A stretch of DNA of 64,000 bases from Gammaproteobacteria bacterium (GTDB lineage: Bacteria; Pseudomonadota; Gammaproteobacteria; JABABF01), in contig OZ250153.1 in assembly GCA_965237805.1 (NCBI GenBank), positions 224,001-288,000 of the forward strand, given 5' to 3'. This document shows, in pieces, positions 1 through 10,084 of the stretch. Position numbers and translations under genes: made by a program. The first letter of the stretch is position 1, and each line of letters begins with the position of its first letter. Below the pieces are notes generated by a model. The model worked only from the letters and a program-made list of their open reading frames with translations. It had not been told where the DNA came from and did not search any database.

Positions 1-333
1 TCCACCTGCGAGCATCATCTGTTGGCGTTTTTTGGGCACTGTCATATCGCCTACTTGCCGGATGGCCGGTTGCTGGCGCTGTCTAGGATCCACCGCTTGG
101 TCAAGCTGTATTCACAGCGCTTGCAGCTGCAAGAGCAGCTCACCGCCCAAATCGCCGACGGCCTGATGCAGCTGTGCAGCGCACGGGCGGTGGCAGTGGT
201 GGTGGAGGCGCGCCATCTGTGTATGGAGCTGCGCCACAATGGCAGCTGCGGTGCCACGGCCAAGAGCATCGCACTGCGCGGTGATGAGCACAGTGCGCGA
301 CAACTGCTGGTCTCGCTGTCGGGTGCAGCCTAA
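1..333 (+). CDS. folE: GTP cyclohydrolase I, C-terminal part (5' truncated by the window edge)
   Basis: Frame 1 from base 1 reads STCEHHLLAFFGHCHIAYLP...LSRIHRLV..YSQRLQLQEQLT..IA...EARHLCM, with the CEHH and HxC Zn-ligand motifs of FolE. Confidence 0.85.
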   Translation, partial: STCEHHLLAFFGHCHIAYLPDGRLLALSRIHRLVKLYSQRLQLQEQLTAQIADGLMQLCSARAVAVVVEARHLCMELRHNGSCGATAKSIALRGDEHSARQLLVSLSGAA

Positions 334-357
334 GCTGTTGTCCCGCCGATTGCGAAA

Positions 358-1368
358 CTATTCCAATTCGGGCTCTTGGCCAGCGGGCAAGTTCAGCATA
401 TTGCCGACCACCTCAGCAATGGAATGCCCTTCGTAGAGCAGGGCGTGTAGACCGTTGACAATCGGCATATGCACGCTCAGCTCGCGGGCGCGTAGGCGCA
501 CCGCTTGCAATGTCGGGATACCCTCTATTGTCTGCACCACCTCCCGTTGTGCAGTGGCCAGATCGATACCGGCTCCCAGCGCCAGCCCGAGGCGATAATT
601 GCGGCTGTCTGGCGAATGGCAGCTGGCGAGCAGGTCGCCGAGGCCAGCCAAGCCCAAGAAAGTGGTGGGATTGGCACCGTAGCGGCGGGCGAATCGGCTC
701 ATTTCCAACACCGCCCCAGTATGGATCAGGCTGATCGAATTGTAGCCGACACCACGGGAGGTGGCGATGCCCGAGACGATGGCATAGATATTTTTCAAAG
801 CGCCAGCCAATTCTACTCCGGTGACATCGATGCTTGGATAGACCCGGAAATAGGGGTTGCCGAGCACTCGCCGTCCCCAGCTGCGCAGGGACTCCTCCTC
901 ACTGGCCAACACCGTGCCGGTGATCTCGCGACGGGAGATTTCCAGTGCCAAATTGGGCCCCGACAGCACACCGACAGGCGAGCTGGGCAATAGCTCGCGC
1001 AGCACTTGGCTCATGCGCATAAATCTGGGATGCTCAATGCCCTTGATGGTGCTGATGACATAGCTGCCAGTGGGTAACAAGGGTGCCAGCGTGCCCATCA
1101 CCTCCCGCAGGGTATGGCTTGGCAAGGCCACCAACACGCCGCGCACCCGATCCAAGGCCAGTTGCGGGTCGGTCATCGCCCTCAGGCCGGGATGCAGCTC
1201 GAGCTGGGGCAAATAGCGAGGATTGCGGTGTTGGCGATTGATTTGCTCAGCGCAGTCGCTATCTCGCAACCATAGCCGCACATCGTGGCCGTTGACTGCC
1301 AAGACATTGGCCAGCACGGTGCCAAAGCTGCCGCCACCGAGCACCGCTACTGGGCCATTGGAAAGCAT
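358..1368 (-). CDS. gpsA: NAD(P)H-dependent glycerol-3-phosphate dehydrogenase
   Basis: GGGSFGT Rossmann motif, SGPNLA, GVELAGALKN, GLAGLGDL, SRNYRLG. Confidence 0.95.
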   Translation of the reverse strand: MLSNGPVAVLGGGSFGTVLANVLAVNGHDVRLWLRDSDCAEQINRQHRNPRYLPQLELHPGLRAMTDPQLALDRVRGVLVALPSHTLREVMGTLAPLLPTGSYVISTIKGIEHPRFMRMSQVLRELLPSSPVGVLSGPNLALEISRREITGTVLASEEESLRSWGRRVLGNPYFRVYPSIDVTGVELAGALKNIYAIVSGIATSRGVGYNSISLIHTGAVLEMSRFARRYGANPTTFLGLAGLGDLLASCHSPDSRNYRLGLALGAGIDLATAQREVVQTIEGIPTLQAVRLRARELSVHMPIVNGLHALLYEGHSIAEVVGNMLNLPAGQEPELE

Positions 1369-1407
1369 TACGCAGCTCGAGGGTGGTTTTGCAATGCGCG
1401 CTGGAGC

Positions 1408-2277
1408 CTAGCCGAGCAACTGTAGCATCGCCGATCCGATCTCGGCGATGCTGCGCACCGTGTGTACGCCAGCCGCTTCGAGGGCGCGATACTTTTCGTC
1501 GGCGGTACCTCGGCCGCCAGCGATGATGGCACCAGCATGTCCCATGCGTTTGCCCGGCGGTGCCGTGACGCCGGCGATATAGGCCACCACCGGCTTGCTC
1601 AGCTCATCGCGTATGCACAGGGCGGCCTCTTCCTCCGCCGTGCCGCCGATCTCTCCGATCAAGACGATGGCGTCGGTGTCCGGATCGGCTTCGAACAGCC
1701 GCAGTATTGGACTAAAACCAGTGCCCGGGATGGGGTCGCCGCCGATGCCCACACAGCTGGACTGGCCAAGGCCGGGATCGGTGGTCTGCTGTACCGCCTC
1801 GTAGGTCAGGGTGCCAGAGCGCGAGACGATGCCGACGCGCCCCGGCAGGTGCACAGCGCCGGGCATGATGCCCAGTTTGCAGGCTCCCGGCGTGATCACC
1901 CCGGGACAGTTGGCCCCGATCAGGCGCACTCCCAGCTCCTCGCAGCGTCGCCGGGCAATCAGCATATCCAAGGTTGGGATGCCCTCGGTAATGCAGACCA
2001 CCAAGCCGATACCGGCATTGGCTGCTTCCAAGATGGCATCTTTGCCGAAGGGTGCTGGCACATAGATCACTGAGGCATCGGCAGCGGTCTGCGCCACCGC
2101 TGCGGCCACCGTGTTGAAAACCGGTAATTCCAAGTGGGTGGTGCCGCCCTTGCCGGGCGTGACGCCGCCGACCATGCGGGTGCCATAGTCGATGCTGGCG
2201 CGGCTGTGCATCGTCCCCTGCTGGCCGGTGAAGCCTTGGCAGATGACTTTGGTATCGGCATCGACCAAGATGCTCAT
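1408..2277 (-). CDS. sucD: Succinyl-CoA synthetase alpha subunit
   Basis: [36 protein letters not shown] phospho-His motif. Confidence 0.98.
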   Translation of the reverse strand: MSILVDADTKVICQGFTGQQGTMHSRASIDYGTRMVGGVTPGKGGTTHLELPVFNTVAAAVAQTAADASVIYVPAPFGKDAILEAANAGIGLVVCITEGIPTLDMLIARRRCEELGVRLIGANCPGVITPGACKLGIMPGAVHLPGRVGIVSRSGTLTYEAVQQTTDPGLGQSSCVGIGGDPIPGTGFSPILRLFEADPDTDAIVLIGEIGGTAEEEAALCIRDELSKPVVAYIAGVTAPPGKRMGHAGAIIAGGRGTADEKYRALEAAGVHTVRSIAEIGSAMLQLLG

Positions 2278-3458
2278 GGTGTCGCTCCAGCGCTGCTGCG
2301 AGCTTCATCGACCACCCGCTTGGCCGCATCGGCCAAGGCACTGACAGCGATGATATTCAGACCGCTGTCGGCCAGTAGGCGCAGACCATCCTCGGCGCGA
2401 TTGCCTTGCAGGCGCACGATCACAGGCAGCTTGACACCGACATCTCCGACCGCACCGATGATGCCCTCAGCGATCAGATCGCAGCGCACGATACCACCGA
2501 AAATATTGACCAGCACGGCGCGCACGGCCGCACTGGCCAACAGGATGCGAAACGCGGCACTGACGCGCTCGTGCGTGGCACCACCGCCGACATCGAGGAA
2601 ATTGGCCGGTGTGCCGCCGTAGAGCTGGATCATGTCCATCGTGCCCATCGCCAACCCGGCACCGTTGACCATGCAGGCAATATCGCCATCCAAGGCGACA
2701 TAGTTCAGCTCGTGTTGCTCGGCCTTGACCTCGCGCTCGTCGCGCTGACTACTGTCGTCCATCTGCTGCAACTGCCGTTGACGATAGAGCGCGTTGCCGT
2801 CCACATTCAATTTGGCATCTAGGCAGAGCAGCTTGCCGTCGCCAGTCACCACGAGGGGATTGACCTCCAGCAGCGATAGGTCGCGTTCGAGGAACAACCG
2901 TCCCAACTTGAGGAAGATATCGGTGAACTGCCGCGCCTCGGCGGCATCCAAACCCAAGGCAAAGGCCAGCTGGCGGCCTTGGTAGGGCTGCGGGCCACTC
3001 AGCGGGTCGATCGTGGCGCGCAGGATTTTCTCTGGGGTCTCGGTGGCCACGCTCTCGATGTCGACACCACCTTCGGTGGAAGCCATGAAGACCACCCTAG
3101 CGGATGAGCGATCTACGACCGCACCCAGATAGAGCTCGCGGGCGATATCCGGGCAGGCTTGCTCCACCAGCACCCGTCCCACTGGCTGGCCGTCGCTACC
3201 AGTCTGGTGAGTCACCAAGCGTTGACCCAGCCACTGGCGGGAGAAATCTTCGGCCTCAGCGCGCTGCTGCACCACTTTGACCCCGCCCGCCTTGCCGCGA
3301 CCGCCAGCGTGCACCTGCACCTTGACCACATAGGGTGCGCCGCCGATCTGATCACAGGCTGCCGCCACTTCCTTGACTGAACTGATCGCCACTCCCTGAG
3401 GCACCGGCAGCCCGTATTCGGCAAATAGTTGCTTGGCTTGGTATTCGTGCAAATTCAT
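2274..3458 (-). CDS. sucC: Succinyl-CoA synthetase beta subunit
   Basis: [40 protein letters not shown]. Confidence 0.98.
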   Translation of the reverse strand: MNLHEYQAKQLFAEYGLPVPQGVAISSVKEVAAACDQIGGAPYVVKVQVHAGGRGKAGGVKVVQQRAEAEDFSRQWLGQRLVTHQTGSDGQPVGRVLVEQACPDIARELYLGAVVDRSSARVVFMASTEGGVDIESVATETPEKILRATIDPLSGPQPYQGRQLAFALGLDAAEARQFTDIFLKLGRLFLERDLSLLEVNPLVVTGDGKLLCLDAKLNVDGNALYRQRQLQQMDDSSQRDEREVKAEQHELNYVALDGDIACMVNGAGLAMGTMDMIQLYGGTPANFLDVGGGATHERVSAAFRILLASAAVRAVLVNIFGGIVRCDLIAEGIIGAVGDVGVKLPVIVRLQGNRAEDGLRLLADSGLNIIAVSALADAAKRVVDEARSSAGATP

Positions 3459-3575
3459 CGGTGGCTACAAGGTGCAAACGAGCTATTTTCCACGCTGTCG
3501 AGGATTGGCGGGATGAGCTCTCGGTTAATCATGCTGCCACCCTCTCGCTACCGCTCGCTCTGGCATTGCCCGGTC

Positions 3576-5030
3576 TTAGCGGCGGCGGTTCAGCGTATGC
3601 AGGGCGCGTCGATCCACCGCCAAAGCGGCTTCATGTACGGCCTCAGATACGGTGGGATGGGAAGTGACGATCAGCGCCAAATCCTCGCTACTGGCACCGA
3701 AGGCCATGGCGATGGCGAGTTGCTGCACCAAGTCTGCTGCACCCGGTCCGACGATGTGGCAGCCGTAGATACGATCGCTTTCGGCATCTGCGGCGATGCG
3801 CACCAGCCCTTCGCCAGCGCCAGCTGCCAGCGCACGACCATTGGCGGCAAAGGGGAAGCTGCCAACCCGACAGGCGATGCCCGCTGCCTTGAGCTCGGCC
3901 TCATGACGACCGACCCAAGCCACTTCGGGGTGGGTATAGACCACGCTGGGGATGATCGTGTAATCGAGGCTGGCCGACTTGCCAGCGATGCGCTCGGCCA
4001 CCATCACGCCCTCTTCTGCACCCTTGTGCGCCAGCATCGGCCCGCGCACCAGATCTCCCACAGCCCAGACACCCGGTAGCACGGTGGCGCAGTGTGCGTC
4101 GACCGGAATGTATCCGCTCTCGTCGCTCGCCACGCCGGCGTCGTCGGCTAACAGGCCCTCACAGCAAGGCCGCCTGCCGACCGCCACCACCAAGCGATCG
4201 AAGCGCTCGTTGTGCGAGACTTCCTCGGCATCGCTGTAGCTGAGCGCAACGCCGTCGGCATCGGACACCGCGCTTTGCAGGCCACAGCCCAAGCGGATGT
4301 CCAGCCCTTGGGCGGCGAAGATTTTGGCCATCTCGCGCACCACTTGGCGGTCGACAGCAGGCAGCAGCTCGGGCAAGGCTTCCAGCAGCACCACCTCTGC
4401 GCCGAGGCGGCTCCAGACGCTACCCAATTCCAAGCCGATGGCACCGGCACCGACGACACCGAGGCGGGTGGGCAGCTCGGTCAATGACAGGGCACCAGTG
4501 GAATCGACGATGCGCTCGCCGTCAAAGGGTGCCGATGCCAACTCGATCGGCTCTGAACCAGATGCCAAGATGATATGCTCGGCGCGCAGTCGTCGCACGG
4601 CACCGTCCGGCGGGCAAAACTCCACCTCGCGCCCGGCCAGCAGCTTGCCCTCCCCGCTCAGCAGCTGCACTTTGTTGCCCTTGAACAAGCCAGCGATGCC
4701 GTGCGTCAGCTGCTGGACCACCTGCTCTTTGCGCGCCATCATCACGCTCAAGTCCAAACTCAGCTCGCCAGTGCACACGCCGTGTGCCGCCAGCGCCCCA
4801 GAGCTGGCCTCCGCAAAGCGTTGCGAGCTGTCGAGCAGAGCCTTGGATGGGATGCAGCCCACATTGAGGCAGCTGCCTCCCAAAACAGCGGCGTCCTGCT
4901 CGCCGCGCACGGTGCCGCGCCGCTCAATACAGGCCACGCTCAGACCCAGCTGGGCGCAACGAATGGCCGCCACATAACCGGCGGGACCAGCACCGATGAC
5001 GATCACATTGTAGGAATCGCTTGCCGTCAT
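3576..5030 (-). CDS. lpdA: Dihydrolipoyl dehydrogenase (E3)
   Basis: GAGPAGY FAD motif, GGSCLNVGCIPSK redox disulfide, HPTVSE; adjacent to sucB. Confidence 0.96.
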   Translation of the reverse strand: MTASDSYNVIVIGAGPAGYVAAIRCAQLGLSVACIERRGTVRGEQDAAVLGGSCLNVGCIPSKALLDSSQRFAEASSGALAAHGVCTGELSLDLSVMMARKEQVVQQLTHGIAGLFKGNKVQLLSGEGKLLAGREVEFCPPDGAVRRLRAEHIILASGSEPIELASAPFDGERIVDSTGALSLTELPTRLGVVGAGAIGLELGSVWSRLGAEVVLLEALPELLPAVDRQVVREMAKIFAAQGLDIRLGCGLQSAVSDADGVALSYSDAEEVSHNERFDRLVVAVGRRPCCEGLLADDAGVASDESGYIPVDAHCATVLPGVWAVGDLVRGPMLAHKGAEEGVMVAERIAGKSASLDYTIIPSVVYTHPEVAWVGRHEAELKAAGIACRVGSFPFAANGRALAAGAGEGLVRIAADAESDRIYGCHIVGPGAADLVQQLAIAMAFGASSEDLALIVTSHPTVSEAVHEAALAVDRRALHTLNRRR

Positions 5031-5099
5031 GGAGCGGGTCGTGGTGCCGAGGGTGTGTACGCGCCGCCTATTCTACTGCGCCGCGCCTCAGAGAGTGCT

Positions 5100-6410
5100 C
5101 TAGAGCCCCAACACTGCCAAGCCGGGTTGCTCCACCCGCTGGCAGATGGCCTTAAGGAAGCCCAGCGCCTCGCGCCCGTCGACCAAACGATGGTCGTAGG
5201 ACAGCGCCAGATACATCATCGACCGCACCACGATCTGGCCGTCGCGCACCACCGCCCGTTCCTCGATGCGGTGCATGCCCAGTATCGCTGTCTGCGGCGG
5301 GTTGAGAAGCGGGGTCGACAGCAGCGAGCCAAAGGCACCGCCATTGGTGATGGTGAAGGTGCCGCCGGTCAATTCCTCGATGCTGAGTTTGCCAGTCCGA
5401 GCCCGCTCTGCAGCAGTCGTTATCCAGCGCTCTATGTCAGCGCTGTCGAGGCTCTCGGCAGCGCGCATCACCGGCACCACCAAGCCGCGTTCAGTGGCAA
5501 TGGCAACACCGATATCAAAATAGTTGTGATAGACGATATCGTCGCCGTCGATGGAGGCATTGATTTCTGGAAATCGAGCCAGCGCCGCCACCGCGGCGCG
5601 CACAAAGAAAGACATCAAACCCAGACGCACACCGTGATGGCTCTCAAAGGCTTTGCCGTGTTCTCTGCGCAGAGCCAGCACCGCGCCCATATCCACGTCG
5701 TTGAAGGTGGTCAGCGTGGCGGTGTTCTGTTGCACTTGCAGCAGTCGCTCGGCGATGCGTGCACGCAGCCGACTCATCTTCACCCGCTTCTCAGAGCGCC
5801 CCTCAGCGCCGCTCGCCGGACGCTGGCTCGAGCTCAGGGTTGGCGGCGACATCGCCGTTGTGGCAGGCTTCGCGGCAGCTGTCGCGGTTCCCGTGGCCGT
5901 GGCGGCCAGTGCCTCGATGTGGCGCAACACATCTTCTTTGAGCAGACGCCCGCCCCGACCACTGGCCGTGATGGCCGCCGGGTTCAAGGCCCGCTCTTCG
6001 ATCAGGCGACGAGCGGCGGGGCTGATGCGCTGGTCGGTGGCAGTCGCCGCCGGCGACTCCGCAGGCGGCGTCGACTCGGCAGCTGGCTGCGCTGTTCGCT
6101 GGCTACCCAGCTCCGCTGCTGGCGGCACGGTATCCGCCTCAGCCGCTGTCAGGCGTGCCAGCAATTGGCAACCGACCATGAGCTCGCCTTCGGGCACCAA
6201 GATCTCGCTCAGCCGACCGTCTACCGGTGCTGTGATTTCCAGCATCACTTTGTCGGTTTCCACTTCGGCCAGCAATTCATCGCGGCGCACCGCATCACCG
6301 ACTTGCTTGTGCCATTTGGCGAGGCTACCATCGGCCACCGATTCGGGCAGCTCCGGCGCGAGGATTTCCACCACGTCACCCGACCCGGATTTTGTCTCTA
6401 GCTCAGCCAT
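5100..6410 (-). CDS. sucB: 2-oxoglutarate dehydrogenase E2 (dihydrolipoyllysine succinyltransferase)
   Basis: Lipoyl motif ETDKV, SPAARRL E3-binding domain, SYDHRLVDG catalytic motif. Confidence 0.97.
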   Translation of the reverse strand: MAELETKSGSGDVVEILAPELPESVADGSLAKWHKQVGDAVRRDELLAEVETDKVMLEITAPVDGRLSEILVPEGELMVGCQLLARLTAAEADTVPPAAELGSQRTAQPAAESTPPAESPAATATDQRISPAARRLIEERALNPAAITASGRGGRLLKEDVLRHIEALAATATGTATAAAKPATTAMSPPTLSSSQRPASGAEGRSEKRVKMSRLRARIAERLLQVQQNTATLTTFNDVDMGAVLALRREHGKAFESHHGVRLGLMSFFVRAAVAALARFPEINASIDGDDIVYHNYFDIGVAIATERGLVVPVMRAAESLDSADIERWITTAAERARTGKLSIEELTGGTFTITNGGAFGSLLSTPLLNPPQTAILGMHRIEERAVVRDGQIVVRSMMYLALSYDHRLVDGREALGFLKAICQRVEQPGLAVLGL

Positions 6411-6470
6411 GATTCCTCACTCCCCTAGTTCCCTTGGCACCAGCGCTGGTCAAAGACAGCGCCCACAGCC

Positions 6471-9338
6471 CTAGCCCCCCACCGCCTCGCGCACCAACTG
6501 CTGCTGTTGCACGCGGTGCTCCACAGCATAACCGGCAGCGGTGGCGGCAGAGTTCTCGCGCCCCACATATTCCAATTGCAGATCAATACCGAGCTGGCTT
6601 TGTAGCAGGCGGTCGAGCTGGTGCTGTATGCCGTTGCGCCACATCCCTTGGTTGCGCGGCTCTTCTTGGCACCAGATGATGCGCTCCAATGCGCTGCGTC
6701 GGTAGGGGCGCAGCGCCGTATCCAAGGCCGCTCGCGGTAATGGATAGAGCCGCTCGAGACGCAGCAACAGCAGATCTTGGCGGCCGCTCTCCAGCCGCTG
6801 GGCATCGAGATCGTAGTAGACCTTGCCAGAACACAGCACCACCCGGCGCACGTCGGCGGGTGGCGGGGCCTTGGGATCACTCAGCACAGGCTGGAAAGAG
6901 CCCGCCTGTAGATCTTCCAGCGAGGACACTGCCGCACGGTGACGCAACAGGCTTTTGGGCGACATCACGATCAGCGGTCGCCGTGCCGGGTGGGCCAGCT
7001 GCAAGCGCAACAGATGGAATATCTGGGCTGGCGTCGTCGGCGCACAGACCTGCATATTGTTTTCCGCGCACAGCTGTAGATAGCGTTCCAAGCGTGCCGA
7101 GGAATGCTCAGCTCCCTGCCCTTCGTAGCCGTGCGGCAACAGCATGGTCAGGCCGCACAGACGCCCCCATTTGTGTTGGCCGCTACTGATGAACTGGTCG
7201 ATGACGATTTGGGCACCATTGGCGAAGTCGCCAAACTGTGCTTCCCAAACCACCAGCGTCGAGGGCGAGGTGACGGAGTAGCCGTACTCGAAGCCGAGCA
7301 CGGCCAATTCGGATAACAGTGAGTCATAGACATCAAAACGGCTGCCGTTGTCGCATTCCTGTGCTATTTCGTCCAGCTGATCGTAGACGGCACCGCTTTT
7401 TTGGTCGTGCACAACGGCGTGGCGGTGGGAAAAAGTGCCGCGGCGCGTGTCCTGACCGACCAAGCGCACCGCATAGCCTTCTGCGAGTAGCGATGCATAG
7501 GCCAAGTTTTCGGCAAAGCCCCAATTCAGCAGCTGTTCGCCACTCCCCATGCGCTGGCGCAAATCAAATAATTTGGCCACTGAGCGGCGCGCTGTAAAGC
7601 CCGGTGGCAGCTGTGCCAGACGCTTGGCCAGTGGTATCAGGCGATCTGCTGGCACCGAGCTATCGAAGTGATCGTCGCAATGGCGGCCGATGTGAGGAGA
7701 CCAGTCAACAAATAGTCGCTTGTCGGGCGAGAGCACCAAACCTTCGGCAACATGGTCGCCGTGTTCGATTTGGCGCCGATACTCCTGCGCCAGCTGCTGC
7801 GCTTCATCTTGACGCAACAGGCCATTGCTCTCCAGCTCGGCGGCGTAGTGTTCGCAGACGGTAGGCAATACAGCGATGCGGTGGTACATTTCCGGTTGCG
7901 TCAAAAAAGGGTCGTCGGCCTCGTTGTGCCCCCGTCGCCGGTAGCAGAGCAAGTCGATGACCACATCGCGGCCAAAGCGCATGCGGTAATCAAAAGCCAT
8001 CTGCGCCACCGCCAGCGCTGCTTCGGGGTCGTCGCTATTGACATGGAAGATCGGCACATCGAGCATCTTCGCCACATCGGTCGCATATTCGCTAGAGCGG
8101 GCATCGCGCTCATCGCTAGTGGTAAAGCCGATTTGGTTGTTGATCACCAAATGCACCGTGCCACCGACCCCAAAAGCGCGGGTGCCCGCCATCTGAAGCG
8201 ACTCCATCACCACCCCTTGTCCGGCAAAGGCGGCGTCACCGTGCAAGACGATCGGCAACACCAAGTGGCCATCTTTATCGCCACGGCGGTCTTGGCGTGC
8301 GCGCACCGAGCCCTGTACCACTGGGGTGACGATTTCCAAATGCGATGGATTGAAGGTCAAGGCCAAGTGGAGTTCCCGGTTGCCGACGCGCACATTGGAG
8401 GAAAAGCCCTTGTGGTATTTGACATCACCAGAGTTAGAGTGGGTGCCGACACGCCCTTCAAATTCTCCAAACAAATCTTCCGGATTTTTTCCTAAAGTAT
8501 TGACCAGAAGATTTAATCTTCCTCTATGTGGCATGCCGATAACCGTTTCCAAGATGCCGTCATTGCCAGCGCACCAGAGGATCTTTTCCACCATCGGCAC
8601 CATGGTTTCGGCACCCTCCAGCCCAAAGCGTTTGGTGCCTTGGTAGCGCCGGCCAAGATATTGCTCCAGCTGTTCGGCCGCCGTCAGGCGACTCAATAAA
8701 TGCCGCCGTTCCCGCTCGCTGAAATTGCGGTGTACGGTGGCAGCGACGACACGTTCGGCCACCCAGTTGCGCATCTCCACATCGCTTAGGTGCATGAACT
8801 GCGTACCGATGGTGCCGCACCAGCTGGCCTCCAACGCAGCGATGATCTCGGCCAGCGGAGCACGGTCGGCATCGCCACACAAGTTGCCAGCACGACATTG
8901 TCGTGCCATGTCCTCAACACAGATGCCAAATTGCGCCGGCTGTAAAGCCCTGAGTACCGCGCGCGGCTTCAGCCCGAGTGGATCCAAGTCCGCGCGGCGA
9001 TGTCCGATGTGTTGGTAGGCATCGATCAGCCGCTCTAAGCGCAGCTGCAACACCGAGTCGGCGGTGGCAGTGGAGCGCTCGGCTCGGCTGAGAGGCTGCT
9101 GCTGCTCAAACTCGCGCCGCAGGGTGCTGTGCCGCGGCTCGCCAGCTCCTGTGGGCGCACCATTCACTGGCGGCAGTGCATCAAAATAGCGTTGCCACGT
9201 TTCTGCCAGCTCTGTGGGCGCATCCAGATAGCCCTCGTAGAGTTGTTCCAGCCAAGCGCTGCCAACGGCCAGCTGAGAGCTGTCACGCCAAGATTGCAAA
9301 CTATTTGCCACCCCGCTTGGTCGCCGTTTGAGTGCCAT
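6471..9338 (-). CDS. sucA: 2-oxoglutarate dehydrogenase E1
   Basis: GMPHRGRLN, GDVKYH, HGDAAFAGQG ThDP motif, WEAQFGDFANGAQ, HSSARLER. Confidence 0.98.
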   Translation of the reverse strand: MALKRRPSGVANSLQSWRDSSQLAVGSAWLEQLYEGYLDAPTELAETWQRYFDALPPVNGAPTGAGEPRHSTLRREFEQQQPLSRAERSTATADSVLQLRLERLIDAYQHIGHRRADLDPLGLKPRAVLRALQPAQFGICVEDMARQCRAGNLCGDADRAPLAEIIAALEASWCGTIGTQFMHLSDVEMRNWVAERVVAATVHRNFSERERRHLLSRLTAAEQLEQYLGRRYQGTKRFGLEGAETMVPMVEKILWCAGNDGILETVIGMPHRGRLNLLVNTLGKNPEDLFGEFEGRVGTHSNSGDVKYHKGFSSNVRVGNRELHLALTFNPSHLEIVTPVVQGSVRARQDRRGDKDGHLVLPIVLHGDAAFAGQGVVMESLQMAGTRAFGVGGTVHLVINNQIGFTTSDERDARSSEYATDVAKMLDVPIFHVNSDDPEAALAVAQMAFDYRMRFGRDVVIDLLCYRRRGHNEADDPFLTQPEMYHRIAVLPTVCEHYAAELESNGLLRQDEAQQLAQEYRRQIEHGDHVAEGLVLSPDKRLFVDWSPHIGRHCDDHFDSSVPADRLIPLAKRLAQLPPGFTARRSVAKLFDLRQRMGSGEQLLNWGFAENLAYASLLAEGYAVRLVGQDTRRGTFSHRHAVVHDQKSGAVYDQLDEIAQECDNGSRFDVYDSLLSELAVLGFEYGYSVTSPSTLVVWEAQFGDFANGAQIVIDQFISSGQHKWGRLCGLTMLLPHGYEGQGAEHSSARLERYLQLCAENNMQVCAPTTPAQIFHLLRLQLAHPARRPLIVMSPKSLLRHRAAVSSLEDLQAGSFQPVLSDPKAPPPADVRRVVLCSGKVYYDLDAQRLESGRQDLLLLRLERLYPLPRAALDTALRPYRRSALERIIWCQEEPRNQGMWRNGIQHQLDRLLQSQLGIDLQLEYVGRENSAATAAGYAVEHRVQQQQLVREAVGG

Positions 9339-9357
9339 CCTGAATGACTTCTATCGC

Positions 9358-10062
9358 CTACATGGCGCGCTTGAGCAAGCGAGTGCGCAGCTGGCCGATA
9401 GCGCGGGTCGGGTTGAGTTTTTTGGGACAGGATGCGACGCAGTTCTGGATGCCATGGCAACGGAACAGGCTGAAGGCATCCTCCAGTCGCGCCAGACGCT
9501 CTTCGTCAGCGGTATCGCGGCTGTCGGCCAAGAAACGCCATGCCTGCAACAGCCCAGCCGGACCGACAAAGCGCTGTGGATTCCACCAAAAAGATGGGCA
9601 GCTGGTGGAGCAGCAGGCACAGAGAATGCATTCGTAGAGCCCGTCGAGCTGGGCGCGCTCCTGCGGCGATTGCAGGCGCTCAATCGCGGGCGGTGCTTCG
9701 TCGTTGATCAGATAGGGCTTGATGCTCTCGTACTGACGATAGAACATTTCCATGTCGACAACCAAATCGCGCACCACTGGCAGGCCGGGGAGCGGTCGCA
9801 ACAGCAACCGTCCCTTCGGCGCTGCTTCCGACAGCGGGGTGATACAGGCCAAGCCATTGCTCCCGCCGATGTTCATGCCATCGGAGCCGCATACCCCCTC
9901 GCGACAGGAGCGTCTGTAGCTCAGCGATGGATCCTGTTCGCGCAGACCTTCAAGCACATCGAGCACCATCAGGTCGCGGCCTTTGGTGTCATATTCAAAA
10001 TGCTGCATCCGCGGTGCTTCATCGCGCTCCGGATGGTAACGGTAGATACTGACTGCGAGCAT
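9358..10062 (-). CDS. sdhB: Succinate dehydrogenase iron-sulfur subunit
   Basis: SCREGVCGSDG, CILCACCSTSCP, CHGIQNCVASCP; start placed at ATG 10062 after a GAGGAG RBS. Confidence 0.97.
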   Translation of the reverse strand: MLAVSIYRYHPERDEAPRMQHFEYDTKGRDLMVLDVLEGLREQDPSLSYRRSCREGVCGSDGMNIGGSNGLACITPLSEAAPKGRLLLRPLPGLPVVRDLVVDMEMFYRQYESIKPYLINDEAPPAIERLQSPQERAQLDGLYECILCACCSTSCPSFWWNPQRFVGPAGLLQAWRFLADSRDTADEERLARLEDAFSLFRCHGIQNCVASCPKKLNPTRAIGQLRTRLLKRAM

Positions 10063-10084
10063 GGTTTGATTGTTCTCCTCGGGC

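Noticed and set aside
4575-6401. Long antisense ORFs (e.g. 608 aa here, 532 aa at 30809, 445 aa at 35561 and 47599, 442 aa at 24855)
   Set aside because: Shadow frames of well-supported genes in GC-rich DNA, with no recognisable motifs.
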